NCBI GenBank assembly: GCA_044345055.1
Contig: JBIJBT010000058.1
Span: 1-17,937, forward strand
DNA length: 17,937 nt
Reading direction: 5' to 3'
Source of the DNA: Bdellovibrionota bacterium
GTDB lineage: Bacteria; Bdellovibrionota_C; UBA2361; OMIW01
Part shown: piece by piece, positions 1 to 7,877 of the stretch
How the letters are laid out: each line of letters opens with the position of its first letter
Position numbering within the stretch: position 1 is the first letter of the stretch
The notes under the pieces: generated by a model
The model's database searches: none
Seen by the model: only the letters and a program-made list of their open reading frames with translations
Told to the model about the DNA's origin: nothing
Position numbers and translations under genes: made by a program

Positions 1-93
1 AAAGCGGGTGATTTTTCCCTGATCGCCTTACTATTACTGAGTTTTCCATATTATCATAAATAGCGCGCAAGCATCCCTAACTTAACCCATCGT

Positions 94-2148
94 GTGAGTG
101 AATCAATGACGAAGATGTTCAATATTGCTGCCGTTTTGCCGCACGGACTTGTCGTGCTTTTTGAACTCGATGGAGAGGATGTTATTGGTCTGATAACGGG
201 CTATAAGAATGGGAAGTACGAGGTGCACACCGAGCGGGATCGTAACGTTGAATTAACTGCATCGCGCCTCACTAGCTACCAGCTTCAGGGTCCTTCAGCT
301 CAGTCCTCTTCAGCAGAACGTCGCAGCTATCTCGCTGAACTTCGTTCCTCCATTCTAAGCAAATCGGAGAGTGTAAATCTGCAGGAGCTGTGGGAGGTCG
401 CGTCGACCGAGCAAAAAGAGTACACCGAAAGAGAGCTTGCCGAGCTAACCTTTGCGAGCGCATCACCGATCGAGCTTATCGCGATCAAGCACTCTCTATT
501 AATAGAGCGGACTTTTTTCAAGCGAGGCAAGATCGGATTCTTACCGAGGAGCGAGGACGATATAGTGCAAATTCGCCGCAGTCAGGAGGCGGTTGCCCGG
601 AAGCGTTCTGAGCGACAAAATGTGATCGCTACTCTAAAGGAGAGAATGTCTGGCACCCTATCCCCTCTTGAGGGTTCTGCCACCTATCATATCGAATCGC
701 TCCAAGAACTCGCCTTACACGGAGACTCAGCGGATCTCTCCAGAAAAAAGGATGCTATCGAGCTAGTGCAAGCTATTAAGGCGGAGTTAAATCTCGAGCT
801 CCGCGGAGATCTACACGAGCAGGCCCACGCCATTTTGGTGAAGAGTCGGGTGTGGCCTCAACGTCAAAGCTTGCCGCTGCTCCGACATGGAGTTCCAACC
901 ACTTTCAAAGCTGAAATTCTTGCAGCAATTGAACAGCTGCCTCGCGTGCCAAATAGTTCAGTCTCCTACCGCGATTGTCGCGCTCTTGAGGTTCTCACGA
1001 TTGATGATGAAAAAACGCTCGATATCGACGACGGTCTCTCAGTCGAACCAACAATCGACGGCTATAGATTCGGTATCCATGTAACAGATGTTTCAAGCTT
1101 TCTCCAACCAGGCACACCGCTTGATGCGGTGGGGTGCCAACGAGCTACATCGATCTACTGTCCCGATGTTTCAGTACACATGCTCCCCCCGGAACTATCC
1201 GAACATCGCCTCAGCTTACTGCCCGGCGAAGAGCGCTTTGCCCTAAGCCTCTTTATTACAACGGATCGTAACTACACAATAACCTCGTGGGAGTTTTCCC
1301 CGACGATCATCTGCTCAAAAAGGCGGCTAACCTATGATGAAGTAGACGATCTATTGGAAAATGAGGAAGAAACGCTGCTCGCACTCTATAATCTTACTTC
1401 ATCGCATGAGGCAGAGCGGTACCGTCTTGGCGGAATTAAAATTAGCAAGCGAGAGGCTCTTGTACAGGTAAACAGCGATGACTCTCTAACGCTACAGGTG
1501 ATCGATGATGCGAGTGCCGCTCGCAATCTCGTATCAGAAACGATGATCATCTACAATCGCCTCGCCGCTGAACTGTGCGCTCAATCCGAAATTGCGCTTC
1601 CGTTTCGGGGTCAGGAACCTCCCGACTCGCAGACAGAGCCACAACTTCCTCCCGGACCAGCGCTTGATTATGCTCTCAGAGTCCGACTAAAACGGTCCTC
1701 TGTCGGTTCGCATCCAGCTCGTCACTATACATTAGGCATTCCCTGTTATACCCAGGCGACCTCTCCGTTAAGGCGATACCTTGACCTTTGTACTCAGCGA
1801 CAACTTATCTCAGCGGTTGCAACGGGAGCCCCGGCCTACTCACGCGATGAGATCGATCATCTCATTTCAATAACTGAACCACCACTCTCTCGGGCCCAGG
1901 CCGCCTCGCGTGAAGCGCGCCGCTTTTGGTATCTCGCTTATCTGGAGGACAGAAAACGGTCTAATGACGTTATAACGGGCACGATTGTAAGGCTGGATGA
2001 GGGACGTGGAGTCTCAGTAGAACTCGACGAAGTATTTCAAAGTTTCACAGTCAAAGGAGTGCGTTCCGCTACACTTGGACAAACCATTTCTCTAAGAATC
2101 ACAAAGGTCGATCCATTTGGAGAGTACATCCGGCTAGATCCCGTTTGA
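94..2148 (+). CDS. rnb: RNB-domain 3'-5' exoribonuclease (RNase II/RNase R family)
   Basis: 684-aa ORF. It has the RNB catalytic motif TIDDEKTLDIDDG (DxxxxxDxDD), GIHVTDVS, RATSIY, the signature HYTLG..YTQATSPLRRYLDL, and an S1-like C-terminus. The start is uncertain (GTG 94, ATG 106 or ATG 115). Confidence 0.92.
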   Translation: MSESMTKMFNIAAVLPHGLVVLFELDGEDVIGLITGYKNGKYEVHTERDRNVELTASRLTSYQLQGPSAQSSSAERRSYLAELRSSILSKSESVNLQELWEVASTEQKEYTERELAELTFASASPIELIAIKHSLLIERTFFKRGKIGFLPRSEDDIVQIRRSQEAVARKRSERQNVIATLKERMSGTLSPLEGSATYHIESLQELALHGDSADLSRKKDAIELVQAIKAELNLELRGDLHEQAHAILVKSRVWPQRQSLPLLRHGVPTTFKAEILAAIEQLPRVPNSSVSYRDCRALEVLTIDDEKTLDIDDGLSVEPTIDGYRFGIHVTDVSSFLQPGTPLDAVGCQRATSIYCPDVSVHMLPPELSEHRLSLLPGEERFALSLFITTDRNYTITSWEFSPTIICSKRRLTYDEVDDLLENEEETLLALYNLTSSHEAERYRLGGIKISKREALVQVNSDDSLTLQVIDDASAARNLVSETMIIYNRLAAELCAQSEIALPFRGQEPPDSQTEPQLPPGPALDYALRVRLKRSSVGSHPARHYTLGIPCYTQATSPLRRYLDLCTQRQLISAVATGAPAYSRDEIDHLISITEPPLSRAQAASREARRFWYLAYLEDRKRSNDVITGTIVRLDEGRGVSVELDEVFQSFTVKGVRSATLGQTISLRITKVDPFGEYIRLDPV

Positions 2149-2182
2149 TTAACAGGAAACATCATTCTTTTTGTTTCTCTTT

Positions 2183-2338
2183 TTAGTGTTCGCTGAGACA
2201 CTCTACCTTGATAAGAGTATGAATTGCCTTACTCGGGCCAACATCCACACACGAAAGCCCCGTTACTAAACTCTGAAAGAGTTCACAGGTGAGCTCAAAA
2301 ACCTCAGTATCAACCACATCACTATCTGTGACTTCCAT
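2183..2338 (-). CDS. putative small acidic protein, 51 aa (not in the supplied ORF track)
   Basis: Hand translation: MEVTDSDVVDTEVFELTCELFQSLVTGLSCVDVGPSKAIHTLIKVECLSEH*. A GAGGA Shine-Dalgarno (2349-2345) lies 6 nt before the ATG. It fills an otherwise empty ~300-bp gap and is co-oriented with the ECF cluster. Confidence 0.45.
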   Translation of the reverse strand: MEVTDSDVVDTEVFELTCELFQSLVTGLSCVDVGPSKAIHTLIKVECLSEH

Positions 2339-2455
2339 CTCAATTCCTCTGAGTAGATATATCTCCTCTTAAGTGGATAACATCTACCCATCGACATGTT
2401 TCGTCAAAACCTTTAGATTTTTTCACTTCTTTTAAGTTTTTTTAAAAGTCCATTT

Positions 2456-2968
2456 TTATCGCGCACTTATAACCAAGACAGTTCCCTCTTGAGCTCCTCC
2501 TGAATCGGTACCAGCTATCATCTCATCCCCTCTCTTTATATAGATCCGAGTATCAAGAACTTTATCTCCCCTTTCATCGCGCCAACTAATCCAAAGACAA
2601 ACCATATCGTTCCGGAGTTCTAACGGACGGACTGTAACTGATTGATTTCGGGCGAATTGGAATGTTCGTTTGCGATAAACTGGTATCGCTACCTCGTCAT
2701 TTGAGAGGATGGAGAAATGGGTAAAGGGTAGAGACCGTAGCTTTTCAGCGAGATGTTGAAGCCCCTCGGCAAGATATTCCTCTTGATTTTTCTCTTCCGC
2801 TCGAGCCCTCACACCCCAAAGGTGTAGCCGAATAATCTCTTCTTGTTTAGGCTCTGCGAGTGCAGAGCCTAAATAGAACCCACACCCGATTAGGAGACAG
2901 ATAAAGGTTAGCCTTAGAGGCTCTATCAGAAAACGGTTCATCAAGCAGTATCGTTTACCCTCAAACAC
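2456..2968 (-). CDS. exported hypothetical protein, third gene of the ECF sigma/anti-sigma cluster
   Basis: A hydrophobic N-terminal segment ending in ALA (signal-peptidase-I-like) precedes a small beta-rich domain. The GTG at 2968 sits 2 nt after the anti-sigma stop; ATG 2941 is an alternative start. Confidence 0.75.
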   Translation of the reverse strand: MFEGKRYCLMNRFLIEPLRLTFICLLIGCGFYLGSALAEPKQEEIIRLHLWGVRARAEEKNQEEYLAEGLQHLAEKLRSLPFTHFSILSNDEVAIPVYRKRTFQFARNQSVTVRPLELRNDMVCLWISWRDERGDKVLDTRIYIKRGDEMIAGTDSGGAQEGTVLVISAR

Positions 2969-2970
2969 GG

Positions 2971-3744
2971 TCAGCGACTCAACAATTCTGGCTGGCTCTC
3001 TCTTTTCTCACTCGCAAAAACCGCTGATGGAATGTCTGGCGTAGGAGATGCGCGGCGGCTTACTCTTCCATTTCTCGAAACCCACAAAACAGGAGAATTT
3101 GGGCTTCGTCCGCCGATAACTTGCATTTTTCCCCCGCTGCTGAACCAGGTAATGCCGTATTGTTCACCGACTGCAGATGATTTGAAGGGATACGAACTGT
3201 TTATTCGCGTTTCAGAACCGCCAACCACCCTCGGCTTAGAAGATTCAAAATAAACAGGAGTAAGTGGGATGTTTTGTGGGTATATATCACGAGAGCTTAT
3301 ATCCTCTCCTTCTCTCTTACCCTGATGAACGCCGATAGGAGTCATCAAAATCATTACTGATGCCGCTGTCAGAGCCCCAGTCACGCCCCATCCGGCCCGA
3401 GCTATCATTTCTGCAGAGAGTGCCCACCTTCCCTTCATCGGGATAACGACTTTACGGACGCACTCCTGTTTATCGATATTTCTCTGAACCTCCGTAAAAA
3501 GAGTCCAAACCGGCGGGAGTTGTCGCAACATTCGATGCGCTCTCCATTGAACAAATTCACCGCAAAATCCAACATCTGCCAAAAAATCTCGCGCTTCAGA
3601 TCGAGCGGAGATGAGACGCCGAGCAGTCCACTGCTCTCGCCAAGAAGCCTCTCCATCCTGAAAACGCATTAAAAGCTGCTCTTCCTTTTCGGAGAGCGGC
3701 TTACTAGTTTCATTAAGCAGCGGCTTTTTCATTTCCTCTCCCAT
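2971..3744 (-). CDS. putative membrane-anchored anti-sigma factor
   Basis: Directly downstream of the ECF sigma gene. The N-terminal LLMRFQDGEAS resembles the anti-sigma-domain LSAYLDGEL motif, followed by one TM helix (AGWGVTGALTAASVMILM) and an extracytoplasmic C-terminal region. The likely start is ATG 3744 or 3732, both with GGAG-type SD sequences, rather than 3819. Confidence 0.75.
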   Translation of the reverse strand: MGEEMKKPLLNETSKPLSEKEEQLLMRFQDGEASWREQWTARRLISARSEARDFLADVGFCGEFVQWRAHRMLRQLPPVWTLFTEVQRNIDKQECVRKVVIPMKGRWALSAEMIARAGWGVTGALTAASVMILMTPIGVHQGKREGEDISSRDIYPQNIPLTPVYFESSKPRVVGGSETRINSSYPFKSSAVGEQYGITWFSSGGKMQVIGGRSPNSPVLWVSRNGRVSRRASPTPDIPSAVFASEKRESQPELLSR

Positions 3745-3799
3745 TGTGCCACTCCACCATTGGTCGCTTCTCTTGATATTTCTCGCTTTGCTTGAGCCC

Positions 3800-4450
3800 T
3801 CATGATCGCATCTCAGCAAGCGCAGACTGGAGCTTTTTTCTTGCGTAAAAAAGCCGACTCATCACCGTCCCACTCGACACACCGGTTGCACGCGCAATTT
3901 CGTCGTATGATAAACCTTCAAATTCACGGAGAATAATTGTCTGCCTGTGTTCATCGCTCAGATCATCGAGCACTCTCATCATCCGTTCGCGGTGCTCCTT
4001 TTGGCGTAACAACGCCTCTGGATTATCACTACCACCCCCCTCAAATGCACTATCAGCGGCAACAGTGACTCCCTCCTCAAAAATAACCGGCTCGCCTCCC
4101 CGCCTCCTGACTCGACGCTTCAGATCTATCGCTAGGTTGAAAACTATTCGTTGCAACCAAGTTGATAGCGAACTCCCCCCTCTAAAGGATTTGAGAGAGA
4201 AAAAGCTGCGAGCAAGAGCTTCCTGTACTACATCTTCGGCATCTTCCCGATTCCGTAATATCTCAAAAGCACTTAAAAAAAGTCGTCTCTGGTGCCGCTC
4301 AACAATTTGGCGATAGGCATCCTTGTCGCCGTTCGCCGCCTTGTGAATAAGGTCACCCTCTCGAGAGCGGCTTATGGAACCGTCCCCTCTACCCCAATTA
4401 AGGGCGCTCACTTCTCGCACCGAACCTACTGAGCCAACGCGACTCGTCAT
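3800..4450 (-). CDS. rpoE: ECF-family RNA polymerase sigma-70 factor (RpoE-like)
   Basis: Region 2 motifs GDKDAY, DAEDVVQEA and FRGGSSLSTWLQRIVFNLAID. Region 4 HTH LREFEGLSYDEIA...GTVMSRLFYARKKL. A GGGGGA SD precedes ATG 4450. Confidence 0.95.
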   Translation of the reverse strand: MTSRVGSVGSVREVSALNWGRGDGSISRSREGDLIHKAANGDKDAYRQIVERHQRRLFLSAFEILRNREDAEDVVQEALARSFFSLKSFRGGSSLSTWLQRIVFNLAIDLKRRVRRRGGEPVIFEEGVTVAADSAFEGGGSDNPEALLRQKEHRERMMRVLDDLSDEHRQTIILREFEGLSYDEIARATGVSSGTVMSRLFYARKKLQSALAEMRS

Positions 4451-4485
4451 GACAACATCCCCCGTTCACCAGTTTCCGCGGCCCC

Positions 4486-4513
4486 TAGACGTTCTCACCA
4501 TTCAAAGTATTCA
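4486..4513 (-). promoter_or_regulatory. candidate ECF-sigma-dependent (autoregulatory) promoter
   Basis: Minus strand TGAATA (4513-4508), a 16-nt spacer, then CGTCTA (4491-4486). This resembles the TGAAAC-N16-CGTC class of ECF promoters and lies about 35 nt upstream of the sigma ATG. Confidence 0.5.
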
Positions 4514-4519
4514 CCAACG

Positions 4520-4548
4520 AAACTATTTATTTTAAATTTTTCGGTCAA
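4520..4548 (-). promoter_or_regulatory. candidate sigma70 promoter for the ECF operon
   Basis: Minus strand TTGACC (4548-4543), a 17-nt AT-rich spacer, then TAGTTT (4525-4520). Confidence 0.5.
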
Positions 4549-4590
4549 CCAACCCTCTCATCGCATCCACGCAATAGAAAGTTATCTGGA

Positions 4591-4619
4591 TTCAAGAGCT
4601 TACCGATCTGCAGTATGGT
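4591..4619 (+). promoter_or_regulatory. possible sigma70 promoter for the 4656 gene
   Basis: TTCAAG, 17 nt, TATGGT. An AGGA SD precedes ATG 4656. Confidence 0.3.
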
Positions 4620-4655
4620 ACAGTGTTGGCCGTGAGTCGTGTTTAGGAATCTACT

Positions 4656-5960
4656 ATGCCACCATCACTTCGACTAACCTTGTGTTTCCTACGAATTCCG
4701 CGCTTGCTGGCGACTCTACTTTTGGCACCTGTCGCAACTACGGTCCTTATAGTCATTCTTCAGCTCTTTGTCTCAGTTCTTTTTCTTCAGGCACCAATCA
4801 GTCGTACCACTCCTTCATCCAAAACAGGTAATCCTGTGCAGCTATCAGCCGAGGAACAGCCCTCGTGGTTTCGGGAAATATTGATTGGCGACCCATCATT
4901 TGCCAAAAATTTAAAAACCTGTACCTGGAGCGCGAATCCTGAAACGAAGGAACTTACTCCTCCCTCGCCCGATTGTCGATTAGAACGATTCGACGTTGTA
5001 GTAACTCCCGATGTAGTAAACCAACATGGTATCGCCGCCTATGAGGAGCTATTTCGTGGTCTTTTTCGGGCGATTCATATCTGCGATGGATGCGGCACTG
5101 ACATTATCATCTGGCGATCGGGAACGGAAATTAGAACCCATTTTCAGAGCTTTCTTGGCCTTGCCCTCTTTCAGGAGGTTCATCTGAGGGGTGGGATAAA
5201 GAAACGGTTCGATGAGGTGCAGGTTGCGAAAGAAGATTTAAAAAAGAAGATTGGAGAGCGATATTTTGATCTTACTGGATTCCGCGAACCAACGCGGCTC
5301 AGTTCATTTCAGGCAAAGTTAATAATCATATTAAATATTGCTCTCGGTATCGTCACAGCGCTCTGGTTGGCGCTAAAAGCGCACCGCAGAGTGCTCGATT
5401 ATCTTTCTCACAGCGGCGTGCTACTACCGCTTGTCGCAGCGGTTGGAAAGAGCACATTTTACAGCTCGGTGTGGCTTCTTACACTTATCAGGGTAGGCGC
5501 TTTTGTGCTTGCTACGGTACCGATTGGATTAATAGTTTTTTTTGATATTGTATCTGATGTAGCTGCATTCCCCTTCTACGGTCGACCACTGGCCTTCGCT
5601 GGTTGGAGCTGTGCTGTGATCGCAAGCTTTTCACTTGCGGCACTTATTGCATCGGTTGCGGAATTAAAACATCACCACGACCTCTTCAATATCCACTACA
5701 AACTTGGCCCCCTCCTTGCAAGCGCCCTCGGTGGTCTTCTCTGGATGAGCACTTTTCTTATAGAATTTCCGGGTGCTCAGACGATCCGTAGCATAATCGG
5801 AACTATCCCAATCGTCGGTATAGCACCGATTCTTCTCGCCCCAGCATTCGAGCCTTACTGGTACGTCCTAGGAGTCAATACCATCGGAACCATTGCTATT
5901 ATTATCCTAGTCGCTCGCTACAATGCGAGGTGGTTCGGAGCTCACCTCGATGACATTTAG
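4656..5960 (+). CDS. polytopic membrane protein with ABC-2/NatB-like permease topology
   Basis: 434 aa. One N-terminal TM helix, a ~175-aa hydrophilic loop with 4 Cys, then five more TM segments with an IP..P re-entrant-like stretch before the last. The family assignment rests on topology only. Confidence 0.6.
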   Translation: MPPSLRLTLCFLRIPRLLATLLLAPVATTVLIVILQLFVSVLFLQAPISRTTPSSKTGNPVQLSAEEQPSWFREILIGDPSFAKNLKTCTWSANPETKELTPPSPDCRLERFDVVVTPDVVNQHGIAAYEELFRGLFRAIHICDGCGTDIIIWRSGTEIRTHFQSFLGLALFQEVHLRGGIKKRFDEVQVAKEDLKKKIGERYFDLTGFREPTRLSSFQAKLIIILNIALGIVTALWLALKAHRRVLDYLSHSGVLLPLVAAVGKSTFYSSVWLLTLIRVGAFVLATVPIGLIVFFDIVSDVAAFPFYGRPLAFAGWSCAVIASFSLAALIASVAELKHHHDLFNIHYKLGPLLASALGGLLWMSTFLIEFPGAQTIRSIIGTIPIVGIAPILLAPAFEPYWYVLGVNTIGTIAIIILVARYNARWFGAHLDDI

Positions 5961-5975
5961 ACGGAGACTCAAAAT

Positions 5976-7055
5976 CTATCGCCACTCACGTCCATCACGC
6001 TCCACACGCACGACGGTAGCGCGGATTCCCTGTACCATGAATGAAGAGAGATTCGTTACAGAGAGCCCCATCTTTTCGCTTACGCGATGTATTAGCTGTG
6101 GACGAGCGGTCAGTAGCACCATCCGACCATCGGGGCGAAGCAAGCTTCGCCATCGTTGAATCGCTCGACGATAGAGCACCATGAGATCATCTTTGGCCCC
6201 GAATTGCTTGCCGAATGGCAGATTGCAGAGAATCAGCGAAACTTGAGAATCAAGGGAACGGAAGGCTCCTTCATCAGTTGCATTCCAGTGATTAAGATCG
6301 ATACTAACTTGGGCCCGCTCTGAGTTACTCCTCGCAAGCTCGAGAGCGTCGCGATCACGATCTCCCCCAATAAGCCGAGCATCGGTATTCGAGAGTCCGC
6401 ATTCAAGCAGTAACGTCCCAACTCCACACATCGGATCGAGCACAACTTCATCTTTGGAAACTTCAGCGGCAAGCACCACAGCAGCGGCAAGAGTTGGGCG
6501 TAACGAGCCTGGTCTCTCATCTCGTTTATATCGACGTTGCCTAAACGAACTATCGGTGAGCCGAAGTCCAAGCGATGCTCTCCCATTCGATAGGAACGCC
6601 CACACCTCAACCTCTGCCGGTTCACGCGCGGTCCATCGAGCAAAAGTGCTCTCGTAAAAAGAGACGATCTGCTCTGCAACCGAACGACGCCACACGACCT
6701 CATCCTCATTTTGCTTCACAAACACCCAAAATGTCGTAGAGCCTCGCTTACCCCTTTTCCGCTGCGAAAGCGGAAGTGCTTCAACGGTTCGCTCCCTCAA
6801 TCCTCGAGATGTTAACCCGTGCAACTTTCGCGGGTCCGCTACCGAAACCCCTTCTTTGAGAATCGCAAACATATCCTCAACAACTCGGAGCGAAAAAAGA
6901 GCGGGAACATACTTTCGCTCAACCGATACGATGACAAGATCCTGATTTCTCAGCCGCACTATTACCGAGCGCGAATAGCTTATTCCGGCACGAGTTATCT
7001 CATCGAGCGCAGAGCTCCCCACATCCTCAGCCGTTAGTAATCCAATTCTCTCCAT
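5976..7055 (-). CDS. THUMP-associated SAM-dependent RNA methyltransferase (TrmN/Trm14/UPF0020-like, probable m2G)
   Basis: Motifs GSLRPTLAAA, VLDPMCGVGTLLLE (SAM-binding motif I), GGDRD and ILCNLPFG (NPPY-like motif IV). A GAGG SD precedes ATG 7055. Confidence 0.85.
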   Translation of the reverse strand: MERIGLLTAEDVGSSALDEITRAGISYSRSVIVRLRNQDLVIVSVERKYVPALFSLRVVEDMFAILKEGVSVADPRKLHGLTSRGLRERTVEALPLSQRKRGKRGSTTFWVFVKQNEDEVVWRRSVAEQIVSFYESTFARWTAREPAEVEVWAFLSNGRASLGLRLTDSSFRQRRYKRDERPGSLRPTLAAAVVLAAEVSKDEVVLDPMCGVGTLLLECGLSNTDARLIGGDRDRDALELARSNSERAQVSIDLNHWNATDEGAFRSLDSQVSLILCNLPFGKQFGAKDDLMVLYRRAIQRWRSLLRPDGRMVLLTARPQLIHRVSEKMGLSVTNLSSFMVQGIRATVVRVERDGREWR

Positions 7056-7209
7056 GACCTCTTTTCACCCCTCTAAACGAAACGATAATAAGTATCGCAC
7101 AAACGGCGCATTACTGCGAAAGTATTGAAAAGATAGCCCAAACTTGACGAATGAACGGATAAAAGACAGAGTGGGAGTGCAAAAAAACGCGCTATAAACC
7201 GGTATCGGT

Positions 7210-7800
7210 ATGTCTCCCGAACACTGCGCCCCAAAGCCGCTTCTTTTATTGATGTCTGGCCTTCCGGGGAGTGGCAAAACAACAACTGCTCGACGGCTCG
7301 CTGAGCATTACAATGCGATTCTCCTGAGCCTCGACGAGGGTCTTGTGTCTCTATTTGGGCCATCGCATATTGTGGAGGCCCCGGATCTTCGACTCGAGCG
7401 GGTCAACGGTATGAGGGCAGCTCTCTATGTCATAGCTCATCGGGCTCTTCAGAGGGGAGTTTCTGTTATTCTCGATGATGGTTTTTTTACGAGGAGCTCC
7501 CGCAAACGGGCGCAAGAAGAGTGTTCAAATCAGCTCCAAAATACTGTTGATTGCCAACCCGTCGTCGTTTATTGTCAGGCGTCATTTCCTGTTCTTCAGG
7601 AGCGGCTCGTTAAGCGCTCTCGCGACCTCCCGCCGAACACCCACTATATTACTAGTGAGCTTCTCGCCTCCTTTGCTGCACTTTTTGAGGAACCATCGTC
7701 AGCCGAGGGGATAAAAATCGTAGCCATATCGACTGAGGGTGAAGCTGGTTCGTATGAAGACGAATTACACGAATCGATCTCCGCTGTTTTTGGTCATTAG
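7210..7800 (+). CDS. small P-loop kinase/ATPase (AAA_33-like)
   Basis: Walker A GLPGSGKTT, LSLD, a Walker B-like SVILDDGF followed by xRxxR, and the lid-like ERLVKR. Confidence 0.85.
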   Translation: MSPEHCAPKPLLLLMSGLPGSGKTTTARRLAEHYNAILLSLDEGLVSLFGPSHIVEAPDLRLERVNGMRAALYVIAHRALQRGVSVILDDGFFTRSSRKRAQEECSNQLQNTVDCQPVVVYCQASFPVLQERLVKRSRDLPPNTHYITSELLASFAALFEEPSSAEGIKIVAISTEGEAGSYEDELHESISAVFGH

Positions 7801-7877
7801 CGATTTAATCATCGCGAAATTTAACAATTAACGTTCGACAAATTAACTAAAAATACCCTCAAGATATATGGAGAACT

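Noticed and set aside
2149..2190. Intrinsic terminator after the RNase II gene
   Set aside because: The segment is T-rich but has no preceding GC-rich stem.
2183..2338. RiPP precursor interpretation of the 51-aa ORF
   Set aside because: There is no modifying enzyme, peptidase or dedicated transporter in the window, and no recognisable leader cleavage motif.
2372..2380. DnaA-box-like TTATCCACT on the minus strand, suggesting an origin
   Set aside because: It is a single 8/9 match with no box cluster and no origin-associated genes.
3745..3819. Anti-sigma start at 3819, overlapping the sigma gene
   Set aside because: ATG 3744 and ATG 3732 have SD sequences and place the anti-sigma motif at a more typical distance from the N-terminus. 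The longer start is not fully excluded.
6233..7363. Alternative-frame ORFs (6233-6709, 7065-7277, 7073-7363) and the other short ORFs nested in long genes
   Set aside because: They overlap well-supported genes and have no recognisable motifs; they are expected shadow ORFs.
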